A stretch of 62,736 nucleotides of DNA, counting the filler, from Vannella sp. (lineage: Eukaryota): assembly GCA_023345925.1 (NCBI GenBank). It is 5 parts of 5 records of this genome, joined end to end, with 100 filler letters (N's around TTAATTAATTAA, not from the genome) between each part and the next. Parts side by side here need not be neighbours in the genome. Positions count along the whole stretch, not along the records: positions 51,687 to 58,477 come from JAJQQN010000035.1; positions 58,578 to 62,736 come from JAJQQN010001201.1; 3 more parts are not named here. One strand, given 5' to 3'. The translations under genes and the position numbers were made by a program. The first letter of the stretch is position 1; the number at the start of each line of letters is the position of its first letter. Below the pieces are notes generated by a model, which was given only the letters and a program-made list of their open reading frames with translations, did not search any database and was not told the DNA's origin. Below are positions 54,848 to 62,736 of the stretch, piece by piece.

Positions 54848-56322
54848 TTATCTCTCACTCAATTGGAGCTGAAGCTGAACCTCATATTGCTTTCCAAGCC
54901 AGTGAGGGGCGGGAGCGCGGAAGGCCCAATCCCGGCCCTTGTAGAACGCTGCATGAAGGTAGAGCGAACCAAAGTTAACCCAACTACCTCGGTCGGTGGC
55001 TTGGCATCTCATGCAGTGGGGATCGACGGCTGAGGGGAAGAGGACTTCTTCTGAACTGCCCAAAATGTGGGGAATGGCTTGGGCCCCATAAAGGGTGTCT
55101 CCTTGGATAGGATGTCCCAGATGCTTCAAATGTAGACGTATTTGATGGGTCCTCCCCGACAGGGGTTGGCAGAGGAGAAGTGTGGAATGATCCTCGTGTC
55201 CGAGCACCTCAAAGTGGGTAAGAGCGGGCTTTCCAAGCACCAGATCACATCGTCCTGGCAACCTATCTTCAGGGTCGTTCCATATGGGAAGGTCAACGTG
55301 AAGGGCTTGCCTAAGGAAGGAGTCAGATGAGTTCTCTCCTTTCAGTGTGGTTGAACAGACCCAATTGTGCCCAGTTTACCCTCAACGAGAGCCACATAGT
55401 ACTTTTCAACTGTCCTCTCTCTCATTTCCTTAAAGAGAGATGCAGTGGCAAGCTGATTACCTGAAAGCACGACAACGCCACTTGTCATTCGGTCCAATCG
55501 GTGGACATCTGAGTGCCTTTCATGAGTCTGATAGATCCTCAACATCTCCAATAGGGAACTCTCACGTTGTATAGTCGAAGGAAGGCCAAATTGACCTTCC
55601 CTGAGAGAAGGTAAGAGTGAATTATGTTGATATTGCCCGCATGGGTGAACAGGCCATGTGGGGGGCTTAGAGACAGCATACACTCCTGGAGATGCGCTTG
55701 GGCCACACAGATTGGGCAGAACCACTGGCAATTGATCCAATACGGGCGATTCATGACGGTGAACCGAATGTTCCAGATACATGCCCTCTTTCACGCAGAG
55801 GGACAAGTCTTGCCTTGACAGCACCTTCCCATCCACCTTGAGACGACTGTGTTGAAGAGAGGAGCTCTGTGGGCATGTTAGGAGCGGATGAAGCGGCCTC
55901 CACTCACCATTTCGGCTGGATCCTTCACCAGCAGAGCCAAGTAGTCCCCCAAAGTGGTTCCCAGAGGTGCGCTACGAATGGTTCTTTGGTATGTGTGGAG
56001 GTAGGGAGTCACCCAACGAATGCCTGCTTCCAACACTCAGAAGATGGTCGTTGGAGAGATCAATCTCGTTACCATTGCTTCGAACGATAGCGGGAGTATC
56101 ATTGGGAGGAGTAAGTGATACAATCGACTTCTTTCGTGCTCTCCTCCTGACTCGCCGGTCCTCCTTCACGTCGTTCCACTTTCTTCGTATTACATCTTCC
56201 TTGATCGATGCCCCCTGAGAGACACTACAAGAGCCCCGTCTGGCCACACTCAGAGATCCAAACCCTCCACTAACGAAGCATCCACACGCCCTTGTCTCCA
56301 AGATCCAACGAACCTTGGCCAT
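54848..56322 (-). CDS. RluA-family pseudouridine synthase (RPUSD2/Pus9-like)
   Basis: GIRWVTPY, KPPTWPVHPCG, HRLDRMTSG, GRTHQIRLHL, HPIQGDTLYG, LYLHA. Start codon uncertain. Confidence 0.88.
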
Positions 56323-56358
56323 TCTCCCCAAACCCCAACTTGCCACGGCCCTCACAGA

Positions 56359-58036
56359 ATGGCCAGGGAACGAACACTCTCACTCGTAGACAGAAGCTGG
56401 GGACCATTTCCTCCTGTCCAGGTGGGCGAGGAGTGGATGCAGTGGCTGGAGGGACTGTTTCGGTTCGTTCAGAAGCGGGAAGGCGAGAAGAACAAACCCA
56501 GATCGATTGGTGCGAGGAACGAGTCCTTTGTGCGTGTGTCGAGTCTCCCACCAGTGACAGGAAAGAAGCGAAGAAGAGGAAGTTCATCGAGCCCTTCTTG
56601 GCCCACTCCCAAACACCCACGCTCTGATCTGAGCGCGCCTCCGCGAGATCTCTTGCGTGCACGTAAGAAAGCTATCCCAGGAAGCCCTTTTTCTCGAGCA
56701 GACTCTCCCCGGCTGCTCTCTTCGCCGACTTCTCAACGGCCCAACACCTTTACCTCCTCGCTTGACAGCCCTTCCTGGCTGTTTAGTCCCTCTCCAAAGA
56801 CAAAGAAGAGAAAGAAGAGAAAGAGCACTCTACAGAACGCTCCCTTGTTCACTCCAGAGCGAACAAGAGGAGGAATGAAGCAGGCAAGCGTTGTGATTGA
56901 CTTATCCGATGATGAGGACGAGGCGCCCCGCTTTCAAGGACTCATTGACTACGAGTTCAAAGTTGCCAAGGCTGTGGGTAAGAGATATCGCCAAAGCCCT
57001 CCCCTGTACGGATAACTAATCATCCTCAAGAGCTTGCGCAACAACAGAACGAGGTCCAGTTCCCCTTGGAGCTCAGTGAATACGAATCCAAAGTAGAGGA
57101 GGAAGAAGAGCCTCCCATGCTTGGTAACGGCTGGGGCCTGATCAGTCCTGCTCGAAGGCGCCAATTTGAACTCGAAAGGACGGCCAGGTGAGAGGACCCA
57201 TCGCACTAGAGACCTCCTTAACAGTAAGAAGGGTCATCAAGGCTAACGCTTCCCTGTCCGCTCTTCGAAAGAGCGCATCTGAGTACGAGAAGAAGCTGTT
57301 GGCAGATCGGAAAGAGAAGCTTCGTCAGCTCTCCAAGGCCAGAGCAGACCAAGATCGCTTCCGTACACTATCTGGGGAGGAGTTGGACCTTGTAGAGCAG
57401 ATCTTAGAGGAGGGGTCGGGCTTGGAAGAGATTGTTGATGACATTACCCGAGACGACCTTCGTTCTCTTGCTCCCAGAGAGTGGCTGAACGACAAAGTGA
57501 TGGGAAACTATCTTCTCCTGATAGGTAAGAGAAGTAAGGAGAACCCTGGAGACTATCCGAACTGCCACGTCTTCGCAACACACTTTTATACTCTTCTTAG
57601 CCGCACAGGACGAGGCTACGACTTTGACAGGGTCAAATCATGGACTAGAAGAGTGGATTTGTTCAGTATGGATGTGATTATAATGCCCATTCACATGGGA
57701 AACCATTGGACGATGGCTATTGTCCTTCCACAGAAACACCATATTGACTATTATGACTCTCTGGGTGGGACAAACAGCAAGTGCGTGGATATTCTGAAGC
57801 GCTATATGAAAGACGAGTACAAAGACAAGAAGAAGACAGAGTTGAAAGTCTCATGGACTCATACCTTCCAACGGGACATTCCCCAGCAAAACAACGGATA
57901 TGATTGCGGCGTTTTTGCCTGCCGCTTTGCCGAGTGTGCAGGAAGAGGCTCAGCTCCGGACTTCTCACAGAGCCGGATGGCTTATTTCCGGCAACGAATG
58001 ATTTTGGAGATTGTCAGCAAGAAGATCGCTCTTTGA
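56359..58036 (+). CDS. SUMO protease, Ulp1/SENP (peptidase C48)
   Basis: WLNDKV, GNHW, YYDSL and QQNNGYDCG triad. The N-terminal exon structure is uncertain. Confidence 0.9.
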
Positions 58037-58210
58037 TCTTCCTTCCTTTTAGCGCTTTTGTATCTGCAGGGTTCCACTTTACAATAGAAGAGGGACTTAT
58101 TATGGCTATTGGCATTCTCTTTCAATTAGTTGGAGCTTCAGATATCTCAATAGTGTCTTAGTTCCTCTTCTTCAACTCTCAAAAATGGGGACTCTCCTGT
58201 TGACTGCGAG

Positions 58211-58783
58211 TTACCCTGTGAGGGAGAGCGTTTTTAGAGGGATAGGCGCCGCTGTTCTCGTCCAGACAGAGAGTGATACAATCCACAAGCTGGCATGAGA
58301 GGGATGCCGCTGATTCGATGAAGCTTTGAAGAATCTGCAGAAGAGCGCCCCTTGTTGGCCAAAGGTGTTGTCGATGAGGATCACTCCATTCCAGGAAGCC
58401 TCCACAGTTTCCAATACGACAGCCGTTGTTGTGACCGAGTTGACCAGAATCCTGAATACCTCCTCTCTGTCAGAGACNNNNNNNNNNNNNNNNNNNNNNN
58501 NNNNNNNNNNNNNNNNNNNNNTTAATTAATTAANNNNNNNNNNNNNNNNNNNNNNNNNNNNNNNNNNNNNNNNNNNNGTGTCTGGCAATGAGTTCGTTCC
58601 TCCCTGATGAGATCGCGGGTGTCTGATGAGTTTCATCTTCTGCATCAGCGAGAGGGACTCACCAAGTGGCTTGCTTTCTTCGCTTGAAAGCTGCTTTTGC
58701 CTCCCACAAGGAGGGAACAAGACGAGAGCCTCTTGTAAAGCCTCTTCGACGTCGTCTGGCCACACGCTTCTCTCCTCTGTCAT
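58211..58783 (-). CDS. TEA/TEAD-domain transcription factor, split by the gap
   Basis: VWPDDVEEALQEALVLFPPCGRQK and spliced GRNELIARH (58578-58783). A same-strand terminal exon at 58211-58477 may belong to it. Confidence 0.8.
58478..58577. other. Assembly gap / artificial linker
   Basis: N run, TTAATTAATTAA, N run. Confidence 0.98.
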
Positions 58784-59395
58784 AAGTAAACTGGTCTGGA
58801 TAGTTCAGTGCCACCATTGCATCTGTTTGTCCGATCATATATCGATTTGGGATTAACTAGCGGGAATTTTCTCTAAATTCATAAAAAAGCCCGATCGGAA
58901 ACCCGGTGGGCTCGCGGTACAGAGCAGAAGCAATCAATGATTGCGTGATTATTGAGGGAAGTCCTTTTTCTTTGCATAGCCGCACACCGTGTTGACACAA
59001 CGAATTGCTCAACAGCGCTCACCTTTGCCGGTGCAACCTCCCTGGTTTCCTCTTTATTCTCGGCTTTATTGCGTTGGCCGCGCTCCTGCTGGCGATGAAC
59101 TAGCTCTGGTGATGAATGAACAGCTCTGGCTCTAAGCCCCTCTTGGACTGGAGTTTCTCCTAATTTCTGAAGAGGTGGACGCGTCAATCAGCAAAGGGAA
59201 CCTCCCAGAAAGATGGTTCAGTTGGCACGGTTCATCATCTCTTCAGAAGGAGTGAATCCCCAATTATAATTAGGGGGGAAAGCTCCTCATTTGTGAGTTC
59301 CCGCTGGCGTCATTCCTCCCGCTTTGAGAATTGATCCAAATAAATTTCAAACATTGTCATGAAGTTTGCCATTTTTGTTAGAGAGAAGGGCGAGG

Positions 59396-59924
59396 ATGTC
59401 GTACATGCTCCCGCATTTGGTGAATGGCTGGCAAGTGGATCAAGCCATTCTCTCAGAGTCGGAGAGAATCGTTATCATTCGCTTTGGGCATGATTGGGAC
59501 GCGGCGTGCATGCGGATGGACGAGACTCTCTTCGGGATTGCGGAGAAGGTCAAGAACTTTGCCGTCATCTACCTCGTGGACATCACCCAAGTGCCAGACT
59601 TTACCAAGGTGATTCTGCCTCTCTTGTGATCCCTTTGTGCTCTGACAGGAGCTCCCAGATGTACGAACTGTACGATCCCGTCACTGTGATGTTCTTCTTT
59701 CGGAACAAGCACATTATGATCGATCTAGGTACCGGAAACAACAACAAGAGTACGCTACTCCTCATTCTCTCCTTGCATGCGCCCTCACAGTGGCCACAGT
59801 CAACTGGGCAATCAGTAACAAGCAAGAGATGATTGATATCGTCGAGACTGTTTACCGAGGAGCCACCAAAGGCCGTGGTTTGGTTAATGCACCCAAAGAC
59901 TACTCTACAAAGTACAAGTACTAA
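59396..59924 (+). CDS. TXNL4A: U5 snRNP thioredoxin-like protein Dim1
   Basis: MSYMLPHL.NGWQVDQAILSE, RFGHDWD, HIMIDLGTGNNNK and KDYSTKYKY*. Two introns. Confidence 0.97.
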
Positions 59925-60087
59925 GCCAACTGATCTCTCACGAAGAGTGATCCCACCTCCACCCTATCACCAAGCTCTTCTGCCTCTCCCCTTGGTCCTA
60001 GGCTGGACTTTACTCCTCCAGGCGATAGCCTCGATTGTATAAATACTTCAAACCCTTCTCAGGTCCCATTCCGTGGTGCCCGCAAGG

Positions 60088-61184
60088 ATGTCCGCCCCTT
60101 CTCTCCTCGCGATCGGTGGTGCAGGGACAGTGGCTGGGAAAGGGAGTCATTTACGATCGTCAAGAGAAGAGAAGGGTATAAGCGTCACTCAGGATGTTCC
60201 AGAAGGTCAGGAGGCTTTGTATTAGGGGAGATAATGACCTAAAGCAAGGACAAACAGGTTCTTTGTTGCTGGAGGAGCTTCCTTTGGCCACCATTATCAA
60301 GGTCTCGCGGATTAAGACCCACTGCAGCTCTTGCTGGCTTCAGATCAAAGCACCATTACGCTGTGGCCGCTGTCGATGGACGCGCTACTGCAACAGAGCT
60401 TGCCAGGTACGAGGAGTGGCCCTTCCACCTTCAATTACTCACTATAGTCCCCTTAGAAGCACGATTGGGACTCTGCTCATGCGAAGGAGTGCTCCCTCTT
60501 GAAGAAGATCCAAGAATCCCATCCCCAAGGGGCAAAAGGGCTTCAAGAAGCCCCTAACACTACACAGTGCTTGCTCCTAGCTGCCCGAATAGTACTAGGA
60601 GGACACTTGGCTACAACAGAGACTCTCATTCATCGTGAGTCCCTCAGAATCTCCCAATTTCCTTCTTCTCACAGAAACAGATCGCTCTTCCATCAGTCCC
60701 GACCGCGAGGCCTTCTTAGGGGGGATGGCGCGACTCATTCTGACTAATCTACCGTCTGGAGCATCGCAATCCCTTCTTGGGGGTCACGGGATGGCAATCT
60801 CGTCGTTAGTTGATCTTATTTGTCGAGTGAGTTGAACTCATTCTTGGAAGGAGGCCCTTTCGCTGATCTGAGCAGCTCCAATGCAATGTTTTCAATATCC
60901 ATGATGAGAATCAAGAGGAGGCAGGTGTTGGACTGTTCCTGTTCTCGTCCCACATCAATCACAGTTGCAGCCCGAACAGCATTTGCTCGTTCAACCTGGC
61001 GAATAACCGACAACTGGCCCTCCGCAATACGAGGGCACTTCAAAAGAGCGAAGAAGTCCTCATTTCTTACGTGGATGTCACTCTTGGCACTTCCATCCGG
61101 CAAACTCAACTTGCCAGCTCCTTTCAATTCCACTGCCAATGCCAACGATGTCTCTCAGAGTTGCCAAACGAAAAGGACCTGTAA
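60088..61184 (+). CDS. SMYD-type SET and MYND lysine methyltransferase
   Basis: MYND finger CSSC..CGRC..YCNRACQ..H..EC, SET motifs INHSCSPN and ISYVD, post-SET FHCQCQRC. Start approximate. Confidence 0.85.
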
Positions 61185-61277
61185 AAGATCGATTCAGTGG
61201 AGCCATGATATCAATGAGATGTCATTAAGAAAGGGACTGAACCGGCACTTCATGGGAAGTTCCATTTTTGTGATGAT

Positions 61278-62564
61278 TTACTCGTGAAACTTCATCTGGG
61301 GACCGTCTTTCATGTACGGAGACTCTTCTTGTTGATAAACAGAATGAAGTCGCTGAGTTGGTAATGCTTGGGGCGCTGATTCTGGGTAAAAATGACTTAG
61401 AACAGTACTTGTTGCCTCTTTCAGGAGATCGTTGATGACAACACGGAGGCGGTCACCACTTTGAACAAAATCTGGCTCTGCATTAAGCTCGAGAAGGTAG
61501 ACTTGGAGACTTCCATCCGCCTTCCGCTCAATAAGAAAGTCAAGTCCGAATAACTCGAAGCAATTGGGGACAGGGAAGAAGCCAAGCTCACCAGAGCACG
61601 CTCGGAAGACCTCTCCTGTTAGTTTTTTCATTTGAGACCAGACTTCTTCGATGGCTTCGGCTCCCAGCTCCCCTTTCAGCTCTTCAAGGAGCCGGACGGC
61701 CTTGCTTTCGTCAATCTCGCCATCCTCATCAGTTCCCTGGCGCTTTTGATAGCATGTGTTCGTCAAATGAGCGCCGTAGCTTGATAGGTCACGTTCTGTG
61801 ACGGGGTATTCTTCAAGAGAGAAGAGAGCGAGGACTTGATCGTACAAAAACACTTCCAGGCAGCCCACACTCAACACATATGCACGGAGATGGAACTTTC
61901 GAGAGTCCACAAGAAGAGGAGGGTCTACGTAGCGCTGAATAACCCACTCACGGACATCCTCGTTGTCTTCATCAACAAGAAGCTCTTCCAAGCGCTCCGT
62001 TGAGTCGAACAGGTGAATCCCCACGCCTCTGTTGCACATACTTGGTTTCAGTATCCAAATAGACTCCCCTTCAAGGTTCTGAAGGTGCGCAGGAAGCTCC
62101 ATTAGAGCCTCGTCCACGTAGTCCGGGTGATGAAGCTCCAAAGTATAAGTCTCGGGGATTCCAGCTTTAAGACAGCTCTCCGGGTTCTTGCTAAGGAACT
62201 TCTCAATGTTGAAAGCAAGCTGAGCCTTCCGAATGAGGCCCTTACGAACAAAGTAAGCGTTCGCCACCGCTTCGTTTGCCAGCACGCGCTTCCAGTCGAT
62301 ACCTTCGTAGTCACTCCAAATCAGATTTACTTGGTTTGCAGGATGTGTGGTCTTCTCCTCGCTTATCTCGGGAGCAGAAGCAGAGGAGGAACCAAAGGAG
62401 AAGGTTGGAGCAGCATCTCCGCCACTCAGATCAGACTGAAAGTCGAAGGCATCTTCGATCACCGTCCAGACACTAGAGGATCCCTTGTTCCACGCCTTGA
62501 ACCCCTCCAACACACCTTCTCGAGTGTAAGGGCACTCCATATTCACCAAAGCAGAGCGGTCCAT
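61278..62564 (-). CDS. Tubulin-tyrosine-ligase-family ATP-grasp protein (Pby1-like)
   Basis: ANAYFVRKGLIRK, WILKPS..NRG.GI, IQRYV..PLL..RKFHLR, HLTN, FELFGLDF and LLELN. Confidence 0.88.
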   Translation of the reverse strand: MDRSALVNMECPYTREGVLEGFKAWNKGSSSVWTVIEDAFDFQSDLSGGDAAPTFSFGSSSASAPEISEEKTTHPANQVNLIWSDYEGIDWKRVLANEAVANAYFVRKGLIRKAQLAFNIEKFLSKNPESCLKAGIPETYTLELHHPDYVDEALMELPAHLQNLEGESIWILKPSMCNRGVGIHLFDSTERLEELLVDEDNEDVREWVIQRYVDPPLLVDSRKFHLRAYVLSVGCLEVFLYDQVLALFSLEEYPVTERDLSSYGAHLTNTCYQKRQGTDEDGEIDESKAVRLLEELKGELGAEAIEEVWSQMKKLTGEVFRACSGELGFFPVPNCFELFGLDFLIERKADGSLQVYLLELNAEPDFVQSGDRLRVVINDLLKEATSTVLSHFYPESAPQALPTQRLHSVYQQEESPYMKDGPQMKFHE

Positions 62565-62736
62565 CCTCACAGACTCAAATAGAACTGCCAATCACAATTA
62601 TTTATTAATTAGATGTCAGGCAATCTCAAACGCCAATATCTTCATTCCAGAGGGTGGGATTTTCGGCAATGAAACTTTCCATCAAGGAAATGCATTTTTG
62701 GTTTTGCAAAATGAGTAATTCAACACCTTGGCTTTT

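Noticed and set aside
1..62736. CRISPR arrays, tRNA/rRNA genes, phage or IS elements
   Set aside because: None seen. Nearly all sequence is explained by intron-containing eukaryotic genes.

Overview
Gene-dense eukaryotic nuclear DNA, not prokaryotic. It carries about 30 protein genes with short (about 45-70 nt) spliceosomal introns and intergenic gaps often under 100 bp. The gene set (alpha-actinin, G-beta, Zn2Cys6 factor, TEA factor, mitochondrial MinD) fits a free-living amoeboid protist, probably amoebozoan; this is inference. Four N-TTAATTAATTAA-N linkers divide the window into five pieces. The strongest candidate novelty is one spliced gene (3284-5502, 656 aa) fusing uracil-DNA glycosylase, a SAP domain and an APE1/ExoIII AP endonuclease, the first two steps of base-excision repair. 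Other highlights are a FAM20/Four-jointed-type Golgi kinase, a PCIF1/CAPAM homolog with GPPY in place of NPPF, mitochondrial MinD, and a single-pass GAIN/GPS surface protein. Also present are tandem divergent G-beta genes, a Ras-like tail with TAG before its CaaX box, and a duplicated exon in the Zn2Cys6 factor. All calls come from motif recognition and manual splicing; no searches were run.
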